In this document: piece by piece, positions 13,112 to 26,828 of the stretch
Numbering within the stretch: the first letter of the stretch is position 1
Layout of the letters: each line of letters opens with the position of its first letter
NCBI GenBank assembly: GCA_965113315.1
Contig: OZ220366.1
From: Podarcis vaucheri
Taxonomy: Eukaryota
Direction: 5' to 3' (one strand)
DNA: 64,000 nt
Translations under genes and position numbers: made by a program
The notes under the pieces: generated by a model
Database searches by the model: none
What the model was told of the DNA's origin: nothing
What the model saw: only the letters and a program-made list of their open reading frames with translations

Positions 13112-13378
13112 TTTATTTATACCCTGCCCAGCTGGGCACTCTGGGCGGCTTCCAACAAAATATTGAAATACAGTGGTCTGTTAAACATTCAAAGCTTCCC
13201 TAAACAGGGCTGCCTTAAGATGTCTTCTAAAAGTCTGGTAGTTGTTCTTCTCTTTGACATCTGGTGGGAGGGTGTTCCACAGGGCGGGTGCCACTACCGA
13301 GAAGGCCCTCTGCCTGGTTCCCTGTAACTTGGCTTCTTGCAGCGAGGGAACCGCCAGAAGGCCCTCGGCGCTGGACCT
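13112..13378 (-). mobile_element. L2 LINE 3' fragment
   Basis: RQRAFSVVAPALWNTLPP...TFRRHLKAALF and tail. Confidence 0.82.
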
Positions 13379-14262
13379 GGATGATCCTTGGGTCCCTTCC
13401 AACTCTACAATTCTGATTCTGTGATTCTATTATTCTAAGATTCTAAACCTATCCCTGGCAGGTGATTCAGAAGGATGCCTTTGTCAGATGGTACCATGTA
13501 CTTATCAGAGGTGCAGCAGGACCAAGGGATCATGTCCCACCTCTCCAGTTTCTGGCTTAGGCCAGCTTATAAGATGACCAAGGCTGTCTTACTCCCAAAA
13601 CCCAAAGTTGGACTGAATGGGTCTGTGTGAGAGTGATTGTTTAGAAGTAAACTGGTTTAACCAGTGCAATCCTATACATGTTTACTCAGAATTAATCTTC
13701 GTTGCCACAGAGATCAATGGGACTTCCTCCCATTAAATGTGTATAGGACTGTGGTCTTAGGACATGATATATGCACCCTTAGTAAATGATATATGAAAAC
13801 CGAAAGCCTAGGAGGAATAAGAGAAACCAGAACAAACAAAATACGAACAAAAAAAACTTCATATAGGCTATGAAAAATTTATTAGATGTTTAAAAATATA
13901 AAACCTCATTTGCAACTGGGGTTAGGTTTTTTGTGGGTGGGTTGAGAATATTGTTGGAATGGTGCTGTGCAATGAATTCAAATGATTGCATAACACTTTA
14001 AAATATTGTTTCAGAGAAGTGAGAATTGCAAATGAAAACTAGAGCAGAGGCAAGGGAATAGTTCTGGAGGAAGAGTTATTTCATATCGCTTGAATGAAAA
14101 CCTCTAACCTTTCAGGAAAAGCAACAGCTAAGAACGGCATATCCTTAAAAGTAGTAAAAATATATTTTAAAAATAAAGGATTTACACAGGGTTATTTGTA
14201 ATCTGCAGTGAAGCTTGCGTACACAGGCAGTGCGAATTCTGCAGCATTTTAAAATGGGGCTA

Positions 14263-14738
14263 AGAGACATCACCTTGCCAACAAAGGTCTGTATAGTCAA
14301 AGCTATGGTTTTCCCAGTAGTGATGTATGGAAGTGAGAGCTGGACCATAAAGAAGGCTGATTGCCGAAGAATTGATGCTTTTGAATTATGGTGCTGGAGG
14401 AGACTCTTGAGAGTCCCATGGGCTGCAAGAAGATCAAACCTATCCATTCTTAAGGAAATCAGCCCTGAGTGCTCACTGGAAGGACATATCCTGAAGCTGA
14501 GGCTCCAATACTTTAGCCACCTCATGAGAAGAGAAGACTCCCTGGAAAAGACCCGGATGTTGGGAAAGATGGAGGGCACAAGGAGAAGGGGACGACAGAG
14601 GACGAGATAGTTGGACAGTGTTCTCGAAGCTACCAGCATGAGTTTGACCAAACTGTGAGAGGCAGTGGAAGACAGGAGTGCATGGCGTGCTCTGGTCCAT
14701 GGGGTCACGAAGAGTTGGACACGACTAAACAACAACAA
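14263..14738 (+). mobile_element. BovB (RTE) LINE 3' fragment
   Basis: RDITLPTKV.IVKAMVFPVVMYGSESWTIKKA...RRIDAFELWCWRRLLRVPW; (CAA)n tail. Confidence 0.93.
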
Positions 14739-14759
14739 AAATTATGCAGATATGTATTC

Positions 14760-14915
14760 CCAATTGCTGGGAATGCCAAGTGGAGGCAGAGCACTGTTGC
14801 ACTCGGGTCCTGCTTGCAGGATTCCTGCTGGCATCTGGTTGGCCACCGGGAGAACAGGATGTTGGACTAGGTGGGACTTTGGTCTGATCCAGCAGGGCTG
14901 CTATCATGTTCTTCT
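14760..14915 (+). mobile_element. CR1-type 3' UTR fragment
   Basis: ggcatctggttggccac...ggactag...ggtctgatccagcagggct tail. Confidence 0.55.
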
Positions 14916-15177
14916 GCATGATTTATGTTGCTTTGCATAATTCATTGCAAAACATTTTGCTGTTTTGTATCTTTCTCGTTTTGCAAGTTATGGGAAAGAA
15001 CAAGGAGATATGTTGAGGTGCAGCTCCAACCCCAAAGACAGAAAATAAATTGTGGGCACTTCTGCCTGGTTCGTTCAATCTCTGCACAACTCATTCCTCA
15101 GCTCCTTTTCATTCCTGCAAACACTCACCTTCCTGCCTACACACTCATCCTGCCTATCCTGGTATTGAGCTGATAGT

Positions 15178-15531
15178 TAAAGGTAAAGGGACCCCTGACC
15201 ATTAGGTCCAGTTGTGGCCGACTCTGGGGTTGTGGCGCTCATCTTGCTTTATTGGCTGGGGGAGCCAGTGTACAGCTTCTGGATCATGCGGCCAGCATGA
15301 CTAAGCCGCTGCGAGCCAGCACCAGCGCAACACACGGAAACGCCGTTTACCTTCCCACCGGAGCGGTACCTATTTATCTACTTGCACTTTGATGTGCTTT
15401 CGAACTGCTAGGTTGGCAAGAGCAGGGACCGAGCAACAGGAGCTCACCCCGTTGCAGGGATTCGAACTGCCAACCTTCTGATTGGCAATTCCTAGGCTCT
15501 GTGGTTTAACCCAAAGCGCCACCTGCGTCCC
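15178..15531 (-). mobile_element. Sauria SINE (Squam1), full length
   Basis: aaaggtaaagggacccctgaccattaggtcc...cctgcgtccc; TSD tattga(g/a)ctgatagt. Confidence 0.9.
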
Positions 15532-16456
15532 TATTGAACTGATAGTAGAGTCTTAAACCCTCGTCCCGCACTTTAGAAAAGCTCATTCCTTATCTGTCTT
15601 AAGTCCTAATGCAAAATGTTTGTGCCACCCTGTTTTTACCTCCACTCTTTAATACTGCTTTCATTGTTTGGATAACATAGCAATTTATCATTTGCTTGAT
15701 TTTTGCTTCAATAATACATTGTGGAAATCCTCATCCTGATTTCCAAGGGTATGGTTTTTCAGAACTTTGCCAAATTGCCTTGAAGATGGATTTAAAAAAA
15801 ATAAATCTAGCACTTATATCTGCTGCACACAACCGATTCCTTCTGAAGCATTTGCTGAAACAGTGGCGTTGACACTTACAGATGTTTTCAAATTATCACA
15901 ATTGTTTAGCATTGTGTTGAACAAACAGGAATTTCTGTAAAAACGCATTCCTCTGGATCTGCTTATGGCAGCTTTAACATGCTAGGATAACTCGCTTGAA
16001 ATGAGAAAAAGATCAGTGTGTTAATTTTCTCAGGGTTTTGAACTTGCTGCCTATTCATCTGGTTTTTAATGAAAGAGTGTGAAACTGCAGTTGAATGAAT
16101 ATTGAAGTGTGTGTGTGTGTGTGTGTGTGTACATCTCTTTGTGTGGGAAACAGCTATACACTTGAGTTTGTTACTTGGATCATAAGACAGGATTTTCTGC
16201 CCAGCATCTGCCTGATTAATTCACACCAAAAAGTGAAATTTAGCCCCGACCCTCAATCCTATAGAGCAGCAATAGGAAACCTGTGACCCTGCAGGTGGAA
16301 TTTGTTGGACTCCCAACTCCCATAAGCCGCAGCCAGTATAGCTAATGGCAAGGAATTGTTGGCTTTGTAGTCCAACAGTGGCTGGAGAGGGTACAGGTTC
16401 ACCATCCCTGCAGTGGGGATTCTCTGCTGTGTGAAAAGCTCCCTTCTTTTAGAATA

Positions 16457-16646
16457 CAGTCGTACCTTGGAAGCCGAAAAAAATCTGTTCCGGAAGTGCT
16501 TTCGACAAGCAAGGCGCGGCTTCAGATTGGCTGCACGTTTGGCTTCCAAAGAACGTTCGCAAACCTCAACACTCAATTCCGGGTTTGTGGCGTTCGGGAG
16601 CCAAAACGTTTGACTCGCAAGGCGTTTGGCTTCCGAGGTATGACTG
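16457..16646. mobile_element. Tc1/mariner MITE (second family)
   Basis: cagtcgtaccttggaagcc / ggcttccgaggtatgactg TIRs; TA TSD. Confidence 0.8.
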
Positions 16647-16893
16647 TACTAGCATGTGAGGCAGAAAGGGTTGAGTGTAAACTTCTCTGTGATGTGCTGC
16701 TTCCTATGTGAAGCCATTGGGGTGTGAAAGGCTATAGCTCAGTTATATTTTGCATGCAGCAGTATATTTTTTCAGGTAGATGGTTCCATGTTGAATCCCT
16801 GGCATCTACAGGTATAGCTAATAGAAACTCCCTTCTCAAACACTGGACAGCTACTGCCTGCCAGTGTAGACCAGGGATAGCTAATGTGGTGCC

Positions 16894-17262
16894 CAGGGCT
16901 GGGCGATAGCTGCTTTTCAACATTGTGATATATCACCAGCTAAACATTACTGATATATTACAATGTTTGAAATAAGGATGGAGCTATGTTGAGGTATTGG
17001 CTGGCTTCATGGTTTTCCCCACATTATGATTTTTGCCTAGCACACACAGAGACACATAATGATTCACAATATATTGCCAGGTCAAAAATTATGAACCCAG
17101 TATCATGATATGTAATGAAACCAGTTTTGGATGATATATCACCCAGCCCTAACACACACCATGATTTGCGATATATTGCCAGGTCAAGAACTATGAAACT
17201 GATATCACAATATGGACTTCAAACCAGTTTGGGACGATATAGCAGTATATTATCCAGCCCTA
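16894..17262. mobile_element. Probable DNA-transposon MITE with a duplicated right end
   Basis: agggctgggcgata start; cagcccta end occurs twice (about 17150 and 17260) in a ~110-nt tandem repeat. Confidence 0.5.
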
Positions 17263-17538
17263 GTGGAGACCTCCAGATGTTTTTGGATGGCCTGTCCCAG
17301 CATACCTTGCTGGCTAGAGTTGAGGATGGTAGTAGTCCAAAAACATATGGAGGGCACTCTGTTGGCTATCCAAGGTGTAGGCAGAACTGAGCTAGACGGA
17401 CCAATGTTCTGACTTAATATAAGGCAGTTTCTTATGTTCCTATATCCATTGGGGAGCTTTCAAGCAGGTACACTCACATCTGAATTCTGAAGCAGTACAG
17501 TCCTAGGAGGTCTGTACAGATGGCTGTTTCTCCTCCCC

Positions 17539-17574
<36 letters not shown>

Positions 17575-19539
17575 TGCTTCAAACTTTTTAATTATATTCC
17601 TTTTTTTGATAACAGTAGAGAATAACAATACCCATAACCAAATGGGAACATAGTTGTGATTTCTTTAGAGACACTGGGCTCTTTATCATGACAGTGTTGT
17701 CATATCTGACTGGCCTTCTGTTCACATATGGGCATAGATTGTTCCAAAATAACTTCTTTGCGCTCGGTGGAATGAGCCTGGGGGACAATGGAGATATCTT
17801 TTGCTTTTAAGAAATGGGGATAAAATAGCTGAAAGTAGCAATAACCCGGGAACTTTAAGTAAATTGATAATGTGAAAGAGGTAATTATGAAAAAGTAATC
17901 TTGCAGTGTCTATATATTCAGGTGCCTTTAGAAGTTTTATATCTGATTTATTTCCTTGAACTTGTACTTCAGTTTTTGCCCTGTGAAACTTTCATTTAAA
18001 TTGTATGTACTTGATGAAGAATCTTCAAAATACAAGTTACTTCCACATCTTGAAACTTCTGAATTGGGGTAGTAAGCTTGTATATTTAATTGGTAGTAAT
18101 CTCAGGAGAACAGAAAATATATGAAATAGCCCTCAGTTTTTGTTTTGAAATATTTATTTTTTACAAGCTTCTGCTGTGAAGCTGAAATGCATTGAGATTT
18201 CATATCCATAATAATAGGAAATTCATTTTGTGTAGTGTATCTGCGGCAGGGCAAGAAATGAGAATTCTTAAATATTAAATGTTACCCCTCTAATTGAATA
18301 ATGCTCAGGTAGGTAAAGTAAATTGAGCTTTCAAGGTTAAGTGCTTGATTTAAATGCTTGACATAGGACAGCAGTTTGCTTGCTTTAAGAGGCCACAGTG
18401 AAAAGCTGAGTAGATGTTCCTAAGGCTTTATAGAACATTACAACAGCAGAGCTAGTATTACTGCATGAGTTTTATTGCTCATTTTCTTTTTCCCACTAGC
18501 TAAGCATTTTAGCAATGAAAGTTATTGACGAAATGATAGGGTAATGCCAAAGGCCAGGATTCAAATACTCATGCTACAAGATTGTTCTTTGGACTGGTGT
18601 TTCTTGATCAGTAGCTCTTCTTCAACACATTTCCCACCTGTCAGGATGATGGGCAGATTGCTATTAAATCGTGAAAAGGTTTTGGAGGATGCCTTTTGAA
18701 CTCCCCCCCCCCCGCCCGCCCGCCTCCTGGCACGGCTCCTTGTGCTTTTATTTGTTTTCATTTAATGCCTTTTGTTCCTCTCTTAGCAGCTGACAAAACC
18801 AAAATGATAAAAATGTGTAAAACCAGCTTATTTCAAAAACCAAACTCAAAAGTATCCACATTTCTCATTATCGTCTTCCTATGCAGAATTTTCTGCATGA
18901 AGATTCCTTCTCTTCATATCTTGGTTGCAGACAGCAATGCTCAGGTCTTCCCTCCTTAGCTTCCTTCAAGTCTCCCCCCACTCCATATTTTTGTCACTTC
19001 TGACATGCTCGACAGCCTGACTAGCTGTGTGAGTGGATGATGATTTCTGTGCAGTATAACCATTCTGGAACGAAAGACATTCCTTTTATTTTTTAGCGTT
19101 TTAACTATTTTTAACTGGGTTGTAAGGGCACTTTGTGGGATGTGCCTGGGAGGAGAGGGTGGGGGATAGCAGGGGGAGACCCAATTACAGTGGTTCTGGG
19201 TAGGGGGAGGTATGGTGTGGGAGGTGGGGCAGATTAGGCAAGGGGCACACGACACAGGCAGTTAGTGACTGCGCCGTGTGCTAACCCCTCCTCTAACTTG
19301 GGGAATTGTGGTTGTCCTATCAGCCAGCCCTTGGGCCTGTTTACTGCTGCTGTTAAATGCCAGGTCGGCCCAGAATAAAATCTCCCTCATCCATGATCTG
19401 ATTATTATGACAAAGATTTCGGAAAGCTTGCATTATTGCAAGGGCTACTCAAAAATGGACAACCTTTTATCTGCCGAGGGGGTAATTTGTCAGGGGCTGC
19501 ATGTCAGTGATGGGAAGTGAGATTTCTTTGTATAGAAAT

Positions 19540-19810
19540 TAGAGTTGGAAAGGGACCTCAAGGGTCATGCAGGAATCTCAGCTAAAGCATCCATGACAGA
19601 TGGTCATCCAACTGTTGCTTAAAAACCTCCAAGGAGAGTCCACCACCTTCTGATGGAGTCTGTTCCTCTGTCAAACATCTCTTACTGTCAGAATGTTTTT
19701 CCTGATATTAAATCAGAATCTCCTTTCTTGTAACTTGAATCCATTGGTACGGGCGCTGCCCTCCAGAAGAGGAGAAAGCAAGCTTTCTCCATCCTCCATG
19801 TGACAGCTGG
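19540..19810 (-). mobile_element. CR1 LINE 3' fragment
   Basis: agagttggaaggg...catccaac...aaaaacctccaag...tccaccacc antisense CR1 end. Confidence 0.7.
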
Positions 19811-20675
19811 GTGACATGGATCATATTCTTGAATTGTGTGTGGCTAATTACAAACGATTGCCTTCCAGATTATGCTCTTTCCTCAAAAGAAATTTTCACT
19901 TAATATTTTTGAAAGCTTCTTGTCCCATTACCATTCGAATCAATATCATAGCCTAGCTCAGAAACTTGAAGATGATTAATGTAATTTTAAGGTCAAATTG
20001 GAATTGGCTGTGTTAAAGGCTGCTCTTAGAGGTAGACAGCAGGAGGATGCAGTTAATTAACTGCGGTGGCTTATTAAATTCAAGAGAAATTACTTTTTTC
20101 ACGTTTGACGGGAACTTTTATATTATTATTAAACTTCATCCCATTTGCTTGGTTTGGACATACCACTTAATCACAGCTTAGTGTTATACACACGTGGTTT
20201 GGACACTACCACTTCTCTTCCCTTGTGCACCAGGGGACCTTGATGCATCTGAACTTGGGGAGCTCTGGTTGGTTTACAGTCTAGTTAGTTCAAACAAGCC
20301 AGGGTTAAAGTGTGTGTTTTAGATTCTGTCTTGTTCACTGTCTGTATCAAATAGGCACAAACTGCTTATGATGGTTGAGGTCTATCAATTCAGGTTGCTG
20401 TCAGTATTGGATAGTGTGCTGGGGCTGTGCTGCTCACCTAACCTTCCTCTACCTGAGTTGCTGCTACATATTGGGACATTGAGAGGGTGGAGTAAGATGA
20501 ACGTGCTGGTAGGAGCACCCAGTTAGTTGTATCTGCTGATGCGTTTGCACAGTGTCAACTTTGCAACCACCTTGTCTGTCCCATTCTGTTTCTTACTATG
20601 CAGCAGCGACTCAGCCAGAGGGAAGTCAGATGAGCAGTGCAGCCCCCAATGTCACCCTCTGCTAGCCCCCTATGC

Positions 20676-20853
20676 CGGAGCTTTCCAAACTGTGTGTTGC
20701 GACACGTTAAGTGTGTCGGCTGCAGTGTGTAGGTGTGTTGCGTGAACGCTGGAAAGGGGTTAGTTTAATCTCTGGTTTGCTAGTAAAACTGTGTCGTGAA
20801 ACGATGCAAGTCTAAAAAGTGTGTCACCGACACGAAAAGTTTGGAAAGCTCTG
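20676..20853. mobile_element. hAT-type MITE
   Basis: TIRs c(a/g)gagctttccaaact / agtttggaaagctctg; degenerate 8-bp TSD; same family as 59647-59852. Confidence 0.78.
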
Positions 20854-23409
20854 CTCTGTGCAAATATACTTCCCAGTGCATGCATGGTAATCAGTCCTGG
20901 AGACAATGCGTCATCTGCATATATACAAATAACTGCACAGTGCTTTCTTATAGGCTGTGTGCAGCCTGAGCCTGCCCAGTTTCCACTGAGCCTCTCTTAG
21001 AAATAGTATCATCTACACAGGCCAGTAGCAGCTCTCTTGGATTTCAGACAAATCTGGAGGGCTATAGATTCCCTGCAGATTAAGAGGACATGAAGGAACC
21101 AATCAAGTTTGAGCCTACCATGGTTTTTTCGTGGGTGGGGGGAATTGTCCACACATTGCCAAAGCACTTCTCGCTTTGGCTTTCAGAAAGCAGTTATTTT
21201 TAAGAGACACCCACCCTCAGTTTTAAGAAACAAGCATCTCTAAATGCGGGTGAAACAAAACTGCTGCTCAGCCTTTCCAGGACTAACAAAGCGTCTCGGT
21301 GAAACAGAAGATTGTTTTCTGCATAAATATGCTCAGCATGTATATGTTAACCAAAGTAAATACACTCTTAAGATCCTTCGTGCAGAATTCCCAGGGCAAT
21401 CAAATCGAAGGCTAACTGCATATTTCCCTTTTACCTTATGTGGAAGATTTAGACTGCTTACAAAGCAATTTTATGTCAATTATTTTACCAAATCAGCTAA
21501 TACGCTGATATATTCTTTGCTTAAAGAGTCCATTAAATGCCACAGTGACAAAGTTAATTGCATAGTTACATGCTATGAAATCTCACAATAAAGCCCTTGA
21601 CTAAAAGACCTTTTATTGCCAGCTGTACCCAAGGCTGTGTGTACTCCGTGCCAAGGAAACTCAAATTGTGCCGTCATAAATTATGCACATTTGCATCTCG
21701 TTACTTCGTCTCTTTATTTAGCGTACTCTATCTTGCTTCCAAGGTTCAGATTTTTAGAGAACCTGGAGTCTGTGGCATAGGTTGGTTTGGTAGAGGAGGA
21801 AGCGAAGGCATGTTGGGATACAAAATATGGAAACCCTCTCAATGCATGGGCATTGCTTTGCTCATGTTCCTGTCCCATCTTCCTTCCATGACAAAGCTCA
21901 AAACTGAAAATCACGGGCAGCGTGCTGACAGGGGCTGATGAGAGTTGTAGTCCAGAACACCTGGGGAGACCAGGTTGGCGATTGCAATCGCCATCTGGCA
22001 CTGGAGCTCTTTAAAATTAGCAACTTCTTGCTTGTTTGGGCTGGAGAAGTTTTGTCTTCTGCAACAACACCCCTGTTTTGCTCTTGCATTTATTTGAGAA
22101 ATCAAATTCTCTCAGAATCTCCATTTCCAGGTATGCCATTCTACGGTCTCTGGAAGAAGGATAATGAGGAAGTGTGAAGTAGTGCGCTTTTTCTGAATTA
22201 ATGATGTGACACCATTCAGGTGTGCTTTAATACCAGTCTGGCACATACGCAAGCCGAAATGTTAGCAGCTCTGCTTACTTCAATGTAACTTAATTCAAAA
22301 AGGCATACATTTGCATTTGGGACTGTATAGATAATTATTTCCCCTGCCTGTTGTTTTTCATAATTCACAATTTGCATTTGTCAGCTCCACAGTGTAATAA
22401 ACTAAAAACCTAGCAGGCCGCCTTTGTCAAACTAATAGCAGTTGTACAACAATTCAAACTATTCAATTAAACCCTTCTTGGCAATGTCCTCCCATGTATT
22501 TCATCCGCATGCCACCATCCATACTCACTTTCACCTAGCTTTCCTGGTTGCATCATGCAGTTCTCCCCTTATCCTTGGGGGGCGCCTGCTCCATGAAACC
22601 TCTTGAGACCTAAGATCTTGCCTACTATGTAAGATTATGTACCTTCTGAACCACAGTGGGGGAGATTGGGGGCCAAGGGTGTGTGGGATATCTATGAGGG
22701 CCTAGGGGAGCGGCACTTGCTGGAGTTACCCCTGTTGTCTTCCCCCACTGTGAACCTTCACATCTTCAGGCGAATTCTTCTGCATGCCGTGTGTGTGTGT
22801 GTGTGTATCACAGTTCCGCTCATTTTGCGAGTGGAAATGAACTTGTCAGCATTAATTGGCACTACATATAGCTTGCAGCTTTTCATCTCATCATAGAATG
22901 TTGCCCTTTCCTTCATCAAAAGTACTTTCCACAACTTCGAAAGCAAAGGTTTCTGAGTGGTGTGGGGCAGGAAGAAACATTTTGTTAATGTCAGCAAAAT
23001 AATGTTCTTAGTTCAGCATCAAAGCGCATACCTGCCCTTGGTAAACGCTTTTCTTCTTTTAACTGGAGGCACAACTCTTTAAAAAAAGAAAGAAAAAGAA
23101 GATGAAACATCCAAACAGCTACTTCATATTTTTTCTCCCAGCCTCTTTTACGTCACAAGTACTGGAAACACAGACCCCAAAACAGATTTTTCTGCAGTAT
23201 TATCCCTCACAGAGGCTGTTCTGTGTAAGTGTGGAGCAGATGAAAGAACCATTACCAAGGTAAAACATCGGTCTAGCACATCCACTGCCTCACCTGCAGA
23301 TGTAAAGGAAAAGTAGAGCTGTGTGTCATCAGCATATTGCTGACATTGTACTCCAAAACTCTAGATGAAACCACTCGGCAGTTTCATGTAGATGTTAAAT
23401 AGCATAAGG

Positions 23410-24323
23410 CAGTGGTTTTCAACCAGTGTGCCATGGCACTCTAGGGCGCCTTGAATGATGGTTAGGGGTGCCGCAAGCAACAATGGCCCCTGTCCCTCTC
23501 ACTCTCCTTCCCTCCCTTCCTCTGATGCCCTCTTGCATCTCTGCCTCCCAAAGGTTTGCAGAGCTGCTTGTTGCAGCAGCCCTGGCTACAAGCTTACCAG
23601 GAAAATGGTGCATCTGGGGCTGGCCAGGGGGTACTTCCCAGGCCCCTGTGGAGCAGTGTGGGAAGGCACTTCTCTTGGGGGCAGGGGGAGGGCAGCTCAG
23701 AAACCAGGGGCGGCAGCCGAAAGGACTCTCAGGGAGAGGGGAGAAACACTCCACAAGGGAGGGGGTTCAAAATGGGATTAGGAGCTGCCAGCTCTGCAGA
23801 CAAGGGGTGACATACCGTATTTTTTGCCCTATAGGACGCACTCCCCCCCCAAAAAAAAAAAAATGAAGGGGAAATGTATGTGCATCCTATGGGGCGAATG
23901 CAGGCTTTCGCTGAAGCCCGGAGAGCGAGAGGGGTCGGTGCGCACCGACCCCTCTTGCTCTCCAGGCTTCAGGAGAGCCCCAGCGCCAGCCCCATCCCGC
24001 TGTCTCCCGATGTGGTTTGGAGGCTGACCGCGGGGAGACCCCGCCGCCAGCCCCACAAGCTCCGGGGACAGTGGGGAAGCGCAGCGTGTCTTCCTGCTGT
24101 CCCCGGACCTTGTCTGAAGGCTGGCGGCGGGGAGAAGAGCGCTTCTCCCCGCTGCCGGTCCCACAAGCGCCTGGGGAAAAAAATAATTTCCCCCCCTTTA
24201 TTTCCCCCCAAAAAAACCTGGTGCGTCCTATGGGCCGGTGCGTCCTATGGGGCGAAAAATACCGTAACTGGGCTCCTGAGCTTCACAAGGGAACTGTGGA
24301 CCCAAAAAGGTTGAAAACCTCTG
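23410..24323. mobile_element. hAT non-autonomous element
   Basis: cagtggttttcaacc / ggttgaaaacctctg termini; perfect 8-bp TSD gcataagg. Confidence 0.85.
23815..24264. mobile_element. pogo/Tc2-like MITE nested in the hAT element
   Basis: ccgtattttttgccctataggacgcac / gtgcgtcctatggggcgaaaaataccg TIRs; TA TSD. Confidence 0.8.
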
Positions 24324-24334
24324 GCATAAGGGAT

Positions 24335-24950
24335 AAAATTGAACCCTGAAGGCTGAAAAAGACTCCCCAAGCATCACCCTCTGCGAGTGGTAATCCAAGT
24401 AGGACCGGAACCACAACAAAGTAGTGCCACCAACCCCAAACTCAGAAAGCTGCTCCAGAAGGATACCATGGTTGATGGTATCAAAAGCTGCTGAGTGGTT
24501 GAGGAGAATTAACAGGGATATATTTCCCCTGTCTCTCTCTTGATGAAGGTCATCATACAGGGTGACCAAAGCAGTTTCTGTGCCAAAACCGAGCCTAAAC
24601 CCCAATTGAAATGGATCTTGGAGAATCCGTTTCCTCCGAGAGCACCCAGGTCTGGTCCATAACCACCCACCCAAGAACCTTGCCCAAGAAGGGGAGATGA
24701 GCAACTGGCCAGTAGTTACTTAAGTTTTTTGAGTCCATGGAGGATTTCTTTTCCCCTGCCTCCCTCAAACAGGTAGGAACCACCGCCTCTTTTAAGGAGG
24801 CGTTGATCACCTCCCTGGCCCAGCCAGCTGTCCCCTCCCTGCAAGTTTTTTTCAACCATGAGGGGCAAGAGCGCAAGTGGTTGTCCTAACCAATCGAAGC
24901 ACCTTGTCCACATCCTCAAGCCTTACCAAGTGAAACTCATCCAACACAGC
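24335..24950 (-). mobile_element. L2 LINE reverse transcriptase fragment (frameshifted)
   Basis: DPFQLGFRLGFGTETALV...LLILLNHSAAFDTINHGILL...LLWFRSYL. Confidence 0.85.
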
Positions 24951-24958
24951 AGGACTCT

Positions 24959-25317
24959 GTTCTTGTTGTTTAGTCGTTTAGTCGTGTCCGTCTCTTCATG
25001 GACCAGAGCACGCCAGGCACTCCTGTCTTCCACTGCCTCCCGCAGTTTGGTCAAACTCATGCTGGTAGCTTCGAGAACACTGTCCAACCATTTCGTCCTC
25101 TGTCGTCCCCTTCTCCTTGTGCCCTCCATCTTTCCCAACATCAGGGTCTTTTCCAGGGAGTCTTCTCTTCTCATGAGGTGGCCAAAGTATTGGAGCCTCA
25201 GCTTCAGGATCTGTCCTTCCAGTGAGCACTCAGGGCTGATTTCCTTCAGAATGGATAGGTTTGATCTTCTTGCAGTCCATGGGACTCTCAAGAGTCTCCT
25301 GCAGCACCAGAATTCAA
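24959..25317 (-). mobile_element. BovB LINE 3' fragment
   Basis: RRLLRVPWTARRSNLSILKEISPECSLEGQILKLRLQYFGHLMRREDSLEKTLMLGK. Confidence 0.92.
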
Positions 25318-26714
25318 GGATATAAAGTGCAGTAGATGCTGAAATGGTCCTGGAACAGTTGAAATAAGCCCATGGCTCCCTGCTCACCTGTTTCTGGAAG
25401 GCAGCAGAGTCTCTTCCAAAATGTTCAAAATGGAATCAATATTGCCATTGCTGGAGACCTGGATGAAATCTGAATCAGTTTTAAGCCCTCCCTGCCGAAT
25501 TGCCTCTGGCTGCCTGTTTTCCTAATGTTAGAGGTAGTTATTGAAAGTGGCAGGTTAAAAATTGGATTCCAGAGGGCAAGATATGATTGACTATGTAATT
25601 TTCATTAAAGCCCACAAGGAAATGTATATTCATGCCTTCATTTCTCTTTGCCCCTTATTCTGGATGGAAATCATTGTGGAGAGCACACTTAACGACATCC
25701 ATTTCTTGCTTACTAAGATGGAAGCAATAGAACAGGAAATAAGGACAATTTTCTCTCCTAGTTTAATTTCATTGCTCTTGGCCTGGGGGCATGCTATGCA
25801 TCTATTTCAAATGATTCCAGCAAAAAAGGGCTTGGTATGTAAGATACCTGAGCTAAGTTTGTTTGGTACCTTGGAGTGCTAAATTCTTCTTCGTCTTTCT
25901 TCTTCTCAGTTTTACTTTGAATATTATGTATTACGTTTGTAAGAAACTTTAAAAGAGCGGACAATTTCCAGGCAATACAGGTGTCCCATATCACAAACTT
26001 TTCTTCACATTTCAGTAGTGGAGCTGCTACTTGAATGTGGAGTCAGTTTTTCACTGCCTCTGTAGTGTCTTAGAGGGGTTCTTTTGGCAACAGAGGGCTG
26101 CTTGACAAAGTTATAAAACTTTACTCTGAAGGTGATTTGGATGTCTGCACATCAGGCAGTCTTCAACACCTTTGGAAGCTGTGTCCAGTTGTGAAATCCC
26201 AAACCCAAACATATAAGACATGGCAATCGATTCTTGGTTTACGTATTAATTATTTTATGTTAAATGCAGCATCTGAAGATATATTCAGAATTCCTTTTCC
26301 CCAACAAGGTTCACTAAAGGCTGAGCATGAGCGTCTTCTGAAAGCAATGTAGCTTCTTGTTTTATGGGTTGGGCATCAGCCGGTGGGAATAAATGTGAGG
26401 TGATTTAGACTTATTTTTGCTGCAGTTTCTAAATGTATTTGTGGGAGGGCGGTTATTGGTTTGTGTTTCTTTTTGTCTTATTATGCATTTTGTGTTCTCA
26501 ACTTGTATTTTTATGTTGTGAACCACTGTGTGATCTTTGGATGAAGGGTGGTATAAAAATTTAATAAATTAATTAATACAACAACAACACGTGTGCTCTT
26601 TGTAGCACAGATGTGCCTTTTGGTTGGTGGCAGTGGCATATTTTCATCCTTTTACTGGAATCCCTCTTTGCTAAAAGTTAACCATGCTGTCTTTCTTCTG
26701 CTCTTCTTTTATAG

Positions 26715-26828
26715 AGTACATCGAATTCAAAGCCGAAGAAGAAAATAACTAAAACAAAGGAAGCTAAAAAAGTATTGAAGAGAAAATTTAAAGTAAACAC
26801 AAAAATTGTGTTTACTGAAGATGGAGAG
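26715..26828 (+). CDS. DDX10: DDX10 (DEAD-box helicase 10) internal coding exon, probably the human exon 14 equivalent
   Basis: Pyrimidine tract and ttttatag acceptor (AG 26713-26714); gtaaga donor at 26829. 114 nt, phase 0. Encodes STSNSKPKKKITKTKEAKKVLKRKFKVNTKIVFTEDGE, matching the DDX10 C-terminal region as I recall it (EAKKVMKRNFKVNKKITFTDEGE). Confidence 0.93.

Noticed and set aside
14145-14738. 197-aa ORF and similar antisense ORFs at 24858, 39827 and 40823
   Set aside because: Antisense frames of BovB fragments.
23419-24349. Many overlapping ORFs in a GC-rich block
   Set aside because: They lie almost entirely inside the nested non-autonomous DNA transposons.
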